64,000 bases of DNA from Podarcis filfolensis (GCA_964270895.1 OZ185452.1), one strand, 5' to 3'; shown: positions 22,310-35,726, counted from the first letter of the stretch. Numbers and translations are program-made. Notes: generated by a model not told the origin, from the letters alone.

Positions 22310-23030
22310 CAGAAGTCCTTCATGGAGCCTGTAGTTAAACCCTGGGATTCACTGCCACAAGAGGCAGCAATGACCACCAACTTGGAGGGATTCCCAGAGG
22401 AAATTAATGGAGGATAAGGCTACCAATGGGGACGCGGGTGGTGCTGTGGGTTAAACCACAGAGCCTAGGACTTGCCGATTGGAAGGTCGGCAGTTCGAAT
22501 CCCCGCGACGGGGTGAGCTCCTGTTGCTTGGTCCCTGCTCCTGTCAACCTAGCAGTTTGAAAGCACGTCAAAGTGCAAGTAGATAAATAGGTACCGCTCC
22601 AGCGGGAAGGTAAACGGTGTTTCTGTGCGCTGCTCTGGTTTGCCAGAAGCGGCTTAGTCATGCTGGCCACATGACCCAGAAACTGTATGCCGGCTCCCTC
22701 GGCCAAAAAAGCGAGATGAGCACCGCAATCCCAGAGTCGGTCACGACTGGACCTAATGGTCAGGGGTCCCTTTACCTCTTTACTAAGGCTACCAATGGCT
22801 ACTAGTCACAATGGCTATGTTCTCCCTCCATTATTGCAGGTGGTCTGCTTCTGAATACAATCTGCTGGGGCCTGCAGCTGAGGACAGCACAATTGCACTC
22901 ATGTCCTGCTTGCTGGCTTCCTACTAGGACACCTTGGTTGACCTTTGCAAGAACCAGATGCTGGGCTAGATGGGTCTTTTGTCTGGTCCACCAGCCTGGA
23001 TCCTCTTATTTTATTTATTACAGGTACAGT
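22310..23030 (+). mobile_element. CR1 3' fragment interrupted by a Sauria SINE
   Basis: CACAAGAGGCAGCAATGACCACCAACTTGG...ATAAGGCTACCAATG, resuming GCTACTAG... after 22798. Confidence 0.75.
22429..22783 (+). mobile_element. Sauria SINE (Squam1), full length
   Basis: GGGACGCGGGTGGTGCTGTGGG head, GTTCGAATCC B box, CCTTTACC tail; TSD TAAGGCTACCAATG (22415-22428, 22784-22797). Confidence 0.92.
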
Positions 23031-24194
23031 ATACCCAGCATTTGAAATTCGCCTGACACATTTTGCAACTGGCTATCGGCTGCTTGCGACCTAGAGAAGA
23101 CACCCGGGCGCCAAGACAGTGCCTGACATCTCTGCCATATGGAGGTGCATGCCTGGGGATCCTTGGGTCTTGCCTGTTTTCACACACTGGCAACATATCC
23201 TGTAGAATTCTACCCGTTACATTTGATCTGCACAATCAGAATGAATTTCAGGAAGTCAAAAGTCGTATTGAAAAACGTGACTTTCAAGCTGTCTGATGCA
23301 AAAATGGCATCCCATTTTGCTGACTGTAAGTAACCCTGGTTTAAGGAGCCATTTGTCGTCTAGCTTAAATATCTGAGTTTCTAATACTGGATACCCCATT
23401 TTCTCCAAGGAGCTCAAGGTGGTGTACATTGTTTTTCAGAGATGCTATTAAAGCTGGAGCATGAAGCAGCTTTGCAAAAGAGGCCAAGCCCTTAGGAGGT
23501 TCACCACAATCCCACAGGCAAAAATAACAGGCTGGTTTTTGTTTTTGTTTGTTTTTGCAAGGGAGGGGGGCAAGCTAGGAAAGCAGGGCCCAGGTCTGCG
23601 AATGCCTCTCTTTCTGCATTCTGCCAGAAGCAGCCCAGGCCCCACCTCCCTCCCTTTCTCTCTCTCCTAACAAGATTGGGCTCTAATCGCCTCACCCCTT
23701 CAGAGCGCAAAGATGGCACACGACACAGCTGTTCCCCGCCACGTGAGGTGGCTAAGCCGCCCCATACTTTGTCTTCTGGGCTCGCTGCCTCAGAGCCAGC
23801 AGCAGTCACGTTGCCAGGGTCTCTGGCCTGCTCCGCGTCAAGCGAATCACTTCATTTCAGAATCAAGGCAGGGGTCAGCGGCCGGCTCTGACCTCCTCCT
23901 CCTCTTTCGCCAGCCTGTGCCCACAGACAGGCGAGGCTGCTTAGGCAGGCGGCGTTATGAAGGAGGTTTCGGCTGCAGACTGTAGGCTGCCCGTTAAGCC
24001 GAGCGGCCTCTTGCTGTTTGCCCATCTGGCTCCCTGGCAAGAGAGGGGGATAAAGTGGTTCCACTGTAGTTGCCAAGTGGTTCCACAGAGAACCAGGGGG
24101 TGGAGGTGAGGTGCTTCTCAGTCCAAAGGGCACCAGAGTGACACTCACCACTTCACCAGCCTTGCTTATATCTCTCTTGCTTATCTCATCCGAC

Positions 24195-24450
24195 ATCAGA
24201 AGAGCCTGACTCATGGAGGCTGTCAGTAGCTACCAGCCACAATGGCTATGCTCTGCGTCCACAGCAGGAGGCAGAAATGCTTCTGAATACCAGTTACTGG
24301 AAAACACATGGGATAGGATAGGGCTGTTGTGCTGGGGTCCTGCTTGGGGTCTCCCACGGGCATCATCTTGGTGGCCACCGTGAGAACAGGGTGCTGGACT
24401 AGATAGGTCATTGGCCTGACCCAACTGGCTCTTCTTGTGCTCTTATATAA
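24195..24450 (+). mobile_element. CR1 3' fragment
   Basis: GCTTCTGAATACCAGTTACTGG...GGCCACCGTGAGAACAGG...CTCTTCTTGTG. Confidence 0.8.
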
Positions 24451-24787
24451 CCTAATGTCCCTCCAGATGTTTTGGACAACAACTCCCTTTAAGCTGCGGG
24501 CAATGGGAGTTGTAGCCCAAAACATCTGAAGGCTTTGCTGCAGACTAGTTAATGCTGCACATCAAATCTCTCTTGCCTGCCTTTTACTGTCTCTCCCTTC
24601 TGGACCTTTCCTGTCCATCTATAAGCTGCCCCCTTCAGAGACGCCAAACTGCTAGAATGTTACCAGCCCATCTTTCCTAGCAGTTACTCGCAAAAAAGAA
24701 TCGAAAATAAAAATTAACTGCTTGGGCAATCCTCTCTTTAAGTGTTTGGTTAATGCAAAACATTGAACCCTTAATAAGAGCAGCCTC

Positions 24788-24985
24788 TGGAGAAGAGCTG
24801 TAGCTCAGTATTAGAGCATGTGCTTTGCATGCACCAGGTCCCAGGTTCAATCCTTGCCATGTCCAAGTGAGGCTGGGAAAGACTCTTCTGTCTGAAACCC
24901 TGGAGAGACACTGCCAATCAGTGTAAACAATACTGAGCTAGATGGACCAATGGCCTGTCTCTGTACAAGGCCTCTTGTTATGTTG
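24788..24985 (+). mobile_element. tRNA-derived SINE (Squam2-like)
   Basis: GCTGTAGCTCAG A box, GGTTCAATCC B box, tail ACAATACTGAGCTAGATGGACCAATGG. Confidence 0.8.
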
Positions 24986-25499
24986 GGTCAGGTCCATCTT
25001 TTCTAGCAACCCACTCCATACAGGTACTCCCAGGAGGACAGGGAAGTGAGAATCCCTTGTGTTTGTCCCTGACATCTGGAGGTACACTGGTCCTAAATCT
25101 GGATGTTCCACTTAAAGGTAGCAAACTGCCATGGAGAGAGACCTCCCTGCCTAAAATCTGTTCAGTCCTTGGTGAGGTTGTATCTAGTCCAGGCAGCACC
25201 TCTGAATGCCATTTCTCTGCTTACCTCCATGTCTAGTATTGAGGATATTCTTCTTCAGTACATGGAAGTACTATTCATTTATCTTGGCTAACAGTTGCTG
25301 CTCCTTCAGGCAGGGGCAGGACTAGAGCAAGACATTTGGTGCCCCCAACCAAACATCCCCTGTGTACCGTCTCCCCGCCCCTGCCAAGCCAAGGTGCGTA
25401 ATACTCAAGGCTGGCCAATATATCTTGGCACTCGGGGCAGAAAATCCCACAAGTGCCTCTCCCCAGGAGTAAAAATGCAATAAATTACATAAACAACAA

Positions 25500-25770
25500 T
25501 TTGCTGCCCTTTCATGGCCTCACTGTCATATATACAATGGAACCATCATTTTCAATGCAACCCTCGTCACAAGCTTGGCAAATCTGGAACTATACTTGAT
25601 GATCAGATAACGCTGATATTCTTTACTTGGACTTTGTTATTTTTAACCCATGTGCGTATTCTATGTGACTATTTTATAGTTTTGTTTTTCATCTTTTAAT
25701 TTCCACCTGCTGTTGTAACTGCTCTCTCTGTTTTATATACGTTATAAAATGACATAAAAATTATTTTACC
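25500..25770 (+). mobile_element. L1-type LINE 3' end
   Basis: Homologous to 21760-22170. Confidence 0.5.
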
Positions 25771-26232
25771 CCCTCCTCACAAAAAAAGCACCTCACTGCC
25801 TAATGGTAAGATCAACCCTGTAGAAGGAGCACTTTATACATGCTCAGAGGCACTCTCTCCGTCAGTCTGTCCCCACCCCCTCCAACAGAGAGGACCTGGA
25901 CGTACTCTGCATTGCTCTGAAGACCTTTTGCTAAAAAACGAAAACTCACATCTCCTTTTGGAGAAGTACTTAGACCAGTGTGAGAGAAATATTTTAAAAA
26001 CGAGAGATGGCGATCCTCCATTGCTCAGTGTCTTATCTGCATGCAAAATCGGCTATCTTCTCCATAGGCTCCAACTGGCCCTGTGTTCTGGTTTCTCTCC
26101 ATGATCAATCCGAGTTGCTATCTGTAGATCTGCACATGTCTTGGCAGCATTATCCTTAAGGCAAAATGGTAGTGTTCTCTTTCACTCATGGGGGCCCAGC
26201 CAACCCTTTCGTACAAAGCAGCTGCTGAGTTA

Positions 26233-26460
26233 GGCCCCATTCGCACTACACATTTAAAGCAGTATCATACCATTTTAAACAGTTGTGACATCCCCCAAAG
26301 AATCCTGGGAGTTGTAGTTTGTCAAAGGAGCTGAGACCCCTTATTCCCCTCTCAGAGCCACAATGCCCAGAGCTCCCTGTGATGAGAGATTGCCTGTTAA
26401 AACTACTCTGGTGGCTTGGAAGTAGATGGGTCTCTCTCCAGCCCTACTTAAACTGAGAGT
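26233..26460. mobile_element. Harbinger-like palindromic MITE (right arm truncated)
   Basis: TTA/GGCCCCATTCGCACTACACATTTAAAGCAG left end. Confidence 0.75.
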
Positions 26461-26695
26461 GGTTGGCTAAGATGGGGGGAAACAGCATTTATACAGCTGA
26501 GAGACTGAAGACAAAAACAAATAAAAAGGTTAAGAATGACTGACTTCCATTTATTGTTGTTCTGAAGACTACACCCAGACTTCTATACATTCTAAAGAGG
26601 CAGCGTACTGTTTGGTTTGTTGCTGCAAAGGATATTGCGCCATATGTAAGATTTTATTAAGGCACTAGTCCACTCTAATCTATAACATCTTATGC

Positions 26696-26810
26696 CAGCC
26701 TTAGCCAACCTGGTGACCTCCAGATATTTTGGACTACAAGTCCTTTCCAGCCCCAGATGATAGGAGTTGTAGTCCAAAATATCTGGAGGGTGCCAAGTTG
26801 GTGAAGGCTG
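26696..26810. mobile_element. Short palindromic hAT MITE (115 bp)
   Basis: CAGCCTTAGCCAACCTGG / CAAGTTGGTGAAGGCTG. Confidence 0.8.
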
Positions 26811-27429
26811 GCTTTGGCCACAATAAAATTTTCTAGCCTTTTTTAAAGGTGCCCCAAAACCCTTTGATATTTTAGAAATAATTTAGATACTGCTCAATAG
26901 AGAAGTTTATCCTTGTTGTAAATAATGGGGAGTGTTCAGAGCAGGTCTGTTGACATCAAATGGACTTAAGTCAATCACGAATAACTCAAGTCCATTGATT
27001 TCAATAGGTCACCTCTGAGTCTGTCTGAGCTGGATACAACCCAACAGCTTTTCATTTCTATCAATATTTAATGATTGTGTATTTATTCATGCAATTTATA
27101 CATCTATGTATTTCTATCAATATTTCATACAGTATTTGTATCAATATTTCATACACACATGGTACTGTGCTGTTTATTTGAATAAATTTAATTAAAAAAA
27201 AATCAATTTTGTTCTCCCTTCCTCATATTTGCCCTGAGCACCACTTAGGAGCTTTTCAACACAACCTTCTTTTCTTTCAGTTCATTCCCGCCTTCTTCTG
27301 TAGGGTTCATGTGCACACATTTGCACAGATAAACCCTGAAAAAACCATCCCAACCAGGAATATCTCAAAACTCTCCATCACTGCAAGAACAGAAGGGAAT
27401 GGATACAGGACTTCTCTCCTCCCCTCCCT

Positions 27430-27770
27430 GCAGCTCAGGATTCAGGACATATAAAGGAACGTATTTCTTCATGCAGTGCACAGTTAAATTATGGAACTTG
27501 CTCCCACAGGAAGCAGTGATAGTCACAGACTTGGATGGCTTTGAGAAAGGATTGGACAAACTTATGGAAGAGAATATCAATGGCTACTAGCCATGATTGC
27601 TATGCTCTGCCTCCTCGGTCAAAGGCAATAATGCTTCCATTTGCTGGAAACCACAGGAGGAGAGATGGCTCTTGTGCTCTGGTCCTGCTTGCGGGTTTCC
27701 CGCAGGCACCTGGTCGGCCACTGTGAGAACTAGAAGAGACATTGGCCTGATCCAACAGGCTCTTCCTGTG
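27430..27770 (+). mobile_element. CR1 3' fragment
   Basis: Translates RTYKGTYFFMQCTVKLWNLLPQEAVIVTDLDGFEKGLDKLMEENINGY, a CR1 ORF2 C-terminus. Confidence 0.88.
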
Positions 27771-27939
27771 TTGGTGGGGCTCATTTGACAACAATGAGCC
27801 TTTAATCTCACTGGCCCAGTGCTGTGGAACACTCAACCGATAGAGATTCACGGCACCAACTTTTATTTTATTTTTTTTCAATAATATTTTATTAATTTCC
27901 CCAGAATAACCAACTTTTAAATGTCTGCTGAATAGTTTT

Positions 27940-28135
27940 CAATTCCTCCGGGCCTATGCAGGTGCTTAAGAGTACATCCCCCACAATGGCCTTTTAAATT
28001 TCTTTTTGCCTTTAACTTGGTTTTTTGACTTTTTATGTTGCTATTTGTTTGGTTTTATATTTTTATATTTTTGTAAACTGCTGTGATATATTTTTTATGA
28101 TACAGTGGTATATAAATATTTTAATAATAAAAAAA
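27940..28135 (+). mobile_element. L2-like LINE 3' end
   Basis: T-rich 3' UTR ending GATACAGTGGTATATAAATATTTTAATAATAAA. Confidence 0.45.
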
Positions 28136-28937
28136 AAATATGTTATGTTAGCACAGCAGAGACACATTGACTCCTCCAAAGGAATGTGAAAACTACTGGC
28201 TACTCCCCCCCCCCCACTTGAAGCAAGATTGCTACAGGCTGGCCACCCAGAAGACTAAAACCTTGTCAGAAGCAATAGAAAATAAATAAAAAATTCAGTG
28301 ATGAATTTCTGAAATCCTAACAACCCCATGAAGTAGGGGAGTATCAGTCTCCCAGATTGTGGGCAGGGGAGCGCCGAGGGAGAACAGCTTAACAAAGCCA
28401 CCCTCCATGCGAGTTCCTGGCAGAGGCAAGATTTGAAGTAGGGACCTCCTGATTCACAACTCAGCCTCTTCACTGCCAGGATGCTATGGAAACACCGAGC
28501 TTGTCAGGCTTCCAAACTCCGTATGCTGCCATTGTTTGCGAGGTTTCTTGGCACAGAGGTAATTATGGTTCTTTTCTATTCTGCAGCCCCCACCGCCCCT
28601 CTTAGGGTTCATCTCTCCCTTCCCCCATTAAACCACAGGCTTCCTCCAGTTTCATTTCTTCAGCTGTCAAAAGGCAGCTGGCACACAACCCCTTCACCTG
28701 TTCAGACCACAAGCAACCGCGCACTCCCTCTTGAAGATTGGAGAAAGAAGAGGGGGTCTCCAGTTGGCTGTGTGGAACTCCTAACCCAGAGAGCCCTTTC
28801 CCCCCGTCTTTCATTATGAAATTTATTATAAGAAGGAATTAAGCCCTGGTCACTTCTAGACAACATGTTTATTGAGCATTCTTCCAAATTTGTTCGCTAA
28901 GGAGGTTAAGTGGCACCAGCTATTTACTGCACATTCA

Positions 28938-29065
28938 CTAAGAGCATAAGGCCAATGGCCCATCTAGTCTAGCATCCTGTCCTCACAGTGACCAACGAGA
29001 TGCCTGTGGGACACTGGCAAGCAGTGCCTGCAGTTTCCAATTCTGGTATTCTAAAGCATTACTAG
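28938..29065 (-). mobile_element. CR1 3' end fragment
   Basis: GGCCAATGGCCCATCTAGTCTAGCATCCTGT. Confidence 0.7.
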
Positions 29066-29145
29066 CCCCAGAACACTTCTAGCAGCTGCATTCTGGACCA
29101 GCCAAAGTTTCCAGACACTTTTCAGGGGCAGCCCTACAGAAAGCA

Positions 29146-29511
29146 GGTAAAACACGGGTGGTGCTGTGGTCTAAACCACTGAGCCTCTTCGGCTTGCTAA
29201 CGTTAGGTTGGTGGTTAAAATCCGCACAACGGTGGTGAGCTCCCGTTGCTCTGTCCCAGCTTCTGCCAACCTAGCAGTTTGAAGGCATACCGGTGCAAGT
29301 AGAAAAATAGGTACTGCTGCGGTAGGAAGGTAACCAGTGTTTCCGTGCGCTCTGGCACTTGTCACGATCCTCCATAAGCCAGTAGCGGTTTAGTCATGCT
29401 GGCCACATGACGCAGAAAAGCAGTCTGTGGACAAACGCCAAGATGAGCGCCGCACCCCATAGTCACCTTTGACTGGACTTAACGGTCCAGGTCCAGGGGT
29501 CCTTTACCTTT
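29146..29511 (+). mobile_element. Sauria SINE, divergent subfamily
   Basis: CACGGGTGGTGCTGTGGTCTAAACC head, GTCCTTTACCTTT tail; degenerate TSD TACAGAAAGCA / TACAGAGAGCA. Confidence 0.85.
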
Positions 29512-30042
29512 TACAGAGAGCACATTGTAGTAATCCAACCTTTCACAACTGGGTGTCAAGAAGGGCCAGTGATCAAGAATGGTGGGAGTTGTAGTCCAAC
29601 AACACCAGGAGGGTACAAGATTGGAAAAGGATGCCTGGTCCCATTTGAGGCATCACTGTGGCCAGATCGGACCTCTCTAGGGTGTTTCCTAGAACCATCA
29701 CATCCAAAGACAGACACCTTCCTCACCTACCCCAGAAGAGATTAAGAACTTCAGTAAGCCTAAACCTCACCAGGTAGCAAAGTGTCTGCCTAGGTCACCA
29801 TCTTTCCATCCAGAACGAACACACACAGATCCAGCACAAGTCCTGTTACCAGGCAGGGCCTGAAATAGACTCATCATTTGCCACAGATGTCATGAAATCC
29901 TGATCTATTCTTCTGAGAGTACAGCCTTAGAACATATACTGAACTCCCCCAAAGCCACCAGTTTAGGGGATCTCATTACCATGCCAGCACCACCCCTAAG
30001 CAGACCTTCCACTTTTAGAGGCAGCATGTCTCCAGATAACAG

Positions 30043-30235
30043 CTAGGAACCTAGGATGCTGTCTTAATTCAAGTCAGACCATTGGGTCAATCTAACTTAG
30101 TATTGTGCACGCGGACTGGCAGCATTTCCTAACATTTCAGACAGTCTTTCCCCAGCTCTACTTGAGCATTCCAGGGTTTGAACCTGGGAGTTTCTCCATG
30201 TAGAGAGGATGCTCCACCACTGAGCCGTGGCCCTT
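30043..30235 (-). mobile_element. tRNA-derived SINE (Squam2-like)
   Basis: Reverse complement of the 24788 family. Confidence 0.7.
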
Positions 30236-30351
30236 CCCCCCAAAATAATACAATGGCTTGGTTGGCCACTGCAGGAAACAGGATGCTGAACTCAATGAAG
30301 CCGCCTTGGTCTGATGGGGCAACCAGGCTCTTGCTAAGCTGCAGAAAACAA

Positions 30352-30575
30352 GTGGTGGTGTAGTGGTTAGAGTGTCATGCTAGGACCTGGGAGAGACCAG
30401 GATTCAATTCCCCACTCAGTCAGGAAGCTCTCTAGGTGTAAATTTAGGTCAGCCACAGTCTAATGTGCCTCACGGGTTTGTTGTGGGAATTAAATGGGGG
30501 CGGGGGGTACCATGTATACCACATTCAGCTCCTTGTAGAAAAAGGAGAAAGATAAACACCATAAATTAAATAAAA
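30352..30575 (+). mobile_element. Squam3/MIR-like SINE
   Basis: GGTGTAGTGGTTAGAGTG...GGATTCAATTCCCCACTCAG. Confidence 0.75.
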
Positions 30576-32017
30576 AGTATGTTCTTAACAGATGGAATAG
30601 TGCAATGGAAGTCCATCCTATCTATGCATACATCACATTCAGATATTATTTTGCTGCTAAACAGACTTCCCCAACCAGCAACTTATTTCTTCACTGTCTT
30701 TCCAGTAGTGGTGAAGTTGGGGTTCGACAGATACGCAGAAGCAATGGCTGGGGCTGTCTTGACTAGGGCTGATGGGATCTGTGGTTCAAAAGGGCTGTGC
30801 TAGCTGGTGATTGGAGTCCAAAACGGCCTGTCAAAACATCTGGAAGCCACCAGGTTGGCCAAGGCTGCACTAACCTCACATCTGCAGCAACGCAGCCAAC
30901 TCTTAAGGGGTGGGAGGGAAAGGAAAAGGGGAGAGCAAGGCAGAACAATGATAAAAGGCTTTCACTCAGTTTGGGGCTAAGATAGGATTTAGTCAGGCCT
31001 CCTCACCCTCATCTGGAGGCATTAACCTTTTAAGACGAAGAGGGTAATCAAATCTCCTTCTCCAGGGTGTAAGCCGTGTGCACCAAGGACTGTGGAAGGA
31101 ATTACTGGACCGTCCAGGCTGGCATAACTGAAGGAGGATTTCTGTCTCCCTCCCAACACATCAAGGTACCAGCCGCTTCTCCAGCCGGTCGGCCAGGCCC
31201 TGAGGACCAGTGGACTGATCTGCAATGGCAAATCCCCTCTGCAAATCCCTATAATGTCATTAGGGACTATTACAGGCTCGGCATCCTTGCCTTTGGCTTC
31301 TGCCAACTCTCCCAGCCCAGTGAAAAACCACCCGCTCATGTCCCCTGCAGGAGGGGCAAATCCAGCACTGGAATAGGACATCATCTTCAATGACCCCTCT
31401 TGACCAGGCACAGCCCTGAGTTTCTGGGATCTCTTGCAGATAAGCACCACTGTCTTATATCTTGATTTGTGGAGATGATGTGGATGCTTTTAGAAAACAC
31501 AGACTCCAGGAGCCTCTGTCCTTCTGCCTTAACTTGTCCCTCCTGCCATCCCCAAGTCTTTGGAAGTTAAATCTCTTGAAAGATGTGGCAGATACATCAT
31601 GACCCCAGGCCCAGGGTAACCCACATATAGGAGATCTAAGACACAGGGTTGGATCCAATAAAGTTAAACTCAGAGTAGACCTAAGTTAGCCCTGTCCGTT
31701 ATTTTCAATGGGCCTGTTCTGAGTAGGACTAGCACTTGATACAACACACAGCCTTCCCACTGAATGGTTCATTTTGTGCCACTGGTAAAATACACTAGAA
31801 AAAAAATCTACATGCTTTCAGGGCTCTTTGCGGAGTTTGTGCTGGTTCTGCACCACTGTCCTACATCTGTGCAAAATGGGCTACGGCGGAATAAATGAGT
31901 ACAGTGAAGGCACATTGAAGGCACAAAAATACACCTGCCCAACCTCAGACTCTGATGGTTTATGTGAGTGTAAACACACTGCAAGGTGGCAATAGCTAGC
32001 TGTTATGAGGTTTTCCA

Positions 32018-32366
32018 GGGATGCGGGTGGCGCTGTGGGTTAAACCATAGAGCCTAGGACTTGCCGATCAGAAGGTCGGCGGTTCGAATTCCCGCGACAG
32101 GATGAGCTCCCGTTGCTCGGTCCCTGCTCCTGCCAACCTAGCAGTTCGAAAGCACGTCAAAGTGCAAGTAGATAAATAGGTACCGCTCTGGCGGGAAGGT
32201 AAATGGCGTTTCCGTGTGCTGCTCTGGTTCGCCAGAAGTGGCTTAGTCATGCTGGCCACATGACCCGGAAGCCATACGCTGGCTTCCTTGGCTAATAAAG
32301 CGAGATGAGCGTCGCAACCCCAGAGTCGGCCACGACTGGACCTAATGATCAGGGGTCCCTTTACCC
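32018..32366 (+). mobile_element. Sauria SINE (Squam1), full length
   Basis: Perfect 15-bp TSD TTATGAGGTTTTCCA (32003-32017, 32367-32381); highly similar to 22429-22783. Confidence 0.93.
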
Positions 32367-33564
32367 TTATGAGGTTTTCCAAAAACCTTTAGAATGCTTT
32401 CAGTACTCACAGAGAACCAGCCACATGCAATGTCTCCCATGGGAACATTTCTGGCTCTAAAGACACTGCAGTAAAAGCAGGCCAGCAGGTATGCGAGTCC
32501 AGCACCTTGCTGAAATTAAGCAGGTCTGTATCAGCCAGTGCCTGAATGGGTGACTGCTTGGGGACCACATGCACACCACTTTGGGTTCTGTGACTGAAGA
32601 AGAGCTGCAGACAAATGTAACAAAATAAATAATAAGCCAAGTACTTTAACCTGCTAACCTGAAGAAGCCTCTCTAACAGATCTTCCTTCAACAGCTCTCT
32701 CCCGCAAAGCTTAGCTGCACAAACAGCAGCTCAATGGAAAGAGATGAGAAACAGGCAATCGATTTGGCCCTGCACTCTGACACAGGATGCCTCCCCTCCT
32801 TCCTGAAGGGATTGTGGAACCTGGACTCAATCAAAGCCCCCAAAGAACTGGAAAGTATTTTCCATTCACTTTTACTGCTTCAAATAACCATGGAAAGACA
32901 TACATCCAGCTTGTCCTTGGCACCTAGTGCTGGCCTTCCCTCTGTTGCAAAGCATGACCACTCCAATAAAAAGTTCCAGCAGCGTTTTTAATAATAATTG
33001 CTAATAGGAAGTTTCCTGCTAGCCTTACAAAAACCAAACCAAACAAAATGCTTTGAATTGGGGTGCTTTCACAATTTCTTTTCCTCCTCAATCACCCCTC
33101 CCCCCCATTTTTTGTTTTGTTTTTAAATATGCTTTTATTAAAATATTTTCTTGGGTAATAACAGTACATGCAGAGTCTCTGTTTTCAAGCCATAGTATCC
33201 TTCAAACAAGTCAGTCATATTCAGAGTGAGACGTTACTGTTACAGGCAAAATGGCTCCCCCAAACTTTTAAGAAGTAAAACTCAAAAGACCCGTTGTTCC
33301 AAAGGGAGCAGGAAAACCACTCCAACCGAATTTGCCTGCCATTGTTTGCTATGGGCAGCATAATGTCCTGTTTGGAATTAAGTAGACTGAAAGGGGTATG
33401 TAAAAAAATTAAAACTCCCCACCAAGAAGACAGTTAGAATAGGATGTAGGACTAAGGCAGGGAATCTGGAAGCCTGCAGTTCCATTCTTGCCCCTGCCAG
33501 GAACTCACTAGGGAAGCCCCCTCTTCCCCTTAGCCTCATACTCATATTGCAGACAGGAATAATG

Positions 33565-34320
33565 GAATCATAGAATCTTAGAGTTGGAAGGGACTTCTAG
33601 TCCAAGGGTCTTCTAGTCCAACCCCCTGCAATGCAGGAATCTCAGCTAAAGCATCCATGGCAGATGGCTATCCAACCTCTTGTTTAAAAACCTCAAGGAT
33701 AGTCCACCACCTCTCGGGGGTGTCTGTTCCACTGCTGAACAGCTCTTACTGTCAGAAAGTTTTCCCAAATGTTTAGTCAGAATCTCCTTTCTTGCAACTT
33801 GAAGCCATTGGTTCGAGTTTTACCCTCCAGAGCAGGAGAAAACAACCATGCTTCCTCTTCCATGTGATGACAGCCCTTAAGATATTTGAAGATGGCTATC
33901 ATATCTCTTCTCAGTCTCCTCTTTTCCAAGCTGAACATACCCGGCTCCTTCAAGCGCTCCTCATAAGGCTTCGTTTCCAGACCCCTGATCATCTTGGTTG
34001 CCCTCCTCTGCACACGTTCCAGTTTGTCGGCATCCTTCTTAAATTGTGGTGCCCAGAATTGGACACAGTATTCCAAGTGTGGTCTGACTAAGGCAGAATA
34101 GAGTGGTACTATTAGTTCCCTTGATCTGGACACTATACTTCTGTTGATGCAGCCTAGAATAGCATTAGCTTTTTTGCTGCTGCATCACACGTTTACTTAT
34201 GTTAAGCTTGCGGTCCACCAAGACCCCTAGATCCTTTTCACATGTACTGCTAGTAAGCCAGGTGTCCCCCATCCTATATTTGTGTATCTGTTTCTTCCTA
34301 AGTGCAACCTTACATTTGTC
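33565..34320 (-). mobile_element. 5'-truncated CR1 LINE, (ATTCTATG)n-tail subfamily
   Basis: ORF 33777-34133 [52 protein letters not shown]...[19 protein letters not shown] is a typical CR1 ORF2 C-terminus; tail GAATCATAGAATC. Confidence 0.95.
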
Positions 34321-35084
34321 CCTAACTCCATTGCCCTACTGCACAGGGTAGTTGTACTGAGAACTAGATCATGCAAAATGCCTTGAACTCTCTCAAGTGC
34401 TGCATGAATGGCACATGGGATCATTATTAGGGCTGCCACTCAACTGAAAGAAATCTTAATGGAAGAATCATGTGTGTTTTAATTAATTTATTCAATAATA
34501 AATTTGCAAATGACGAAATGCTTCCATGATGCAAATGAAGAAAGCTCTATTTTTTATTTTAAAAAGGCTTTACTTTGATGGTACATGCACTTGCTGCAGC
34601 AGGCAAGACAGTTTCCCTCCTGTATGAGAGAGAAGGGGGCAATGGAGGGCAGGAAGACAATGCCTCATTCAAGATGGGCACCCTTCATGGATTTGTCCAT
34701 GTAAAAGTAATAAACAATTTAATTTGGAAAATGTCTATCTGATTAGTTTGGGAGCACCTTTTTTAAGATTTTAAAAATCACGCTACGTTGATTTATCAAG
34801 TAACACCCCTAATTATTATTACGAGGGATGAACACAATCAGCAAAAAGACAGACACCAGCACAGGAGGCAAGGATTCCACCCAGGAGATTTATTAGGCTC
34901 CTTCCCTAGATTCTTCAGTAGGCTTGCTCAGCTCTGAGTTTTGGTTAAACTAGGAGAATTTCTGAAATAAAAATCTGGAATTGAAAGAGTGCCAAGTTTG
35001 CTGCAGTTTCCAATTCCTTCAGCTCAGTTTCTTCTTCCATTCTGCAGTTAGTGCAGAATGCAGTCACAAGAATTTATTTTATTA

Positions 35085-35420
35085 TGTGACACATATTCTG
35101 TGGAATCTATTGTTGCTGTCTATATGTTACCAGGTCCACATCAAAGTGCTAACATTAATTATAAAGCCCTCAATAACTTGTGGCCTTGATATTTGTCAGA
35201 GCACCTCTTTCCACATCAGCCAGGTTGGGGCTTAAAATCAAGAGGTGGGGGCTGCTTCCAGCCCAAGTAACTGATCCTGCCCATCATGGGGAACCTGGAG
35301 CAGGGCCTTCTCTGTGGTAGTGCCCCATGAGTGGAATTTTCTCCCCTTACAGGCGTGAATGTCTACAACACTAAAAGGCTTCTGATGCGTGGTGAAGAAC
35401 CCTTGGAAACTGTGTTCCAA
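35085..35420 (+). mobile_element. L2 LINE 3' ORF2 fragment
   Basis: ICYQVHIKVLTLIIKP resembles the L2 LPICYRVxFKVLxLxYKAL motif; AGGGCCTTCTCTGTGGTAGTGCCCC. Confidence 0.65.
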
Positions 35421-35524
35421 AGCTGTTAGATTAGCCACGTGTAACTTAATGTCAGCCTTTAACTGACTTTGCATTTTCATATAGAATGTTGCTGTCATAG
35501 TGGTGTTTTAATTGTATTTCATCT

Positions 35525-35726
35525 CTGTCACACAAAGCTACAATTCCCAGAGAGCTGAGAAGAGTTGCTAAAACACTCTGGGAATTGTAGCTCTGTGAGG
35601 GGAACAGGGGCCTTCTAACAGCTCTCAGCACCACTAAGAAACTACAGCTCCCAGAATAGTTTGAGGGAACCCATGAGTGTTTGAAGTGAAATCATAGAGC
35701 TTTAAATGTTCCATATGAATGAGGCC
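35525..35726. mobile_element. Harbinger-like palindromic MITE (right half)
   Basis: Ends GAATGAGGCC/TAA. Confidence 0.7.

Noticed and set aside
31022-31450. 142-aa minus-strand ORF
   Set aside because: No recognisable domain or splice-consistent context; probably decayed repeat or chance.
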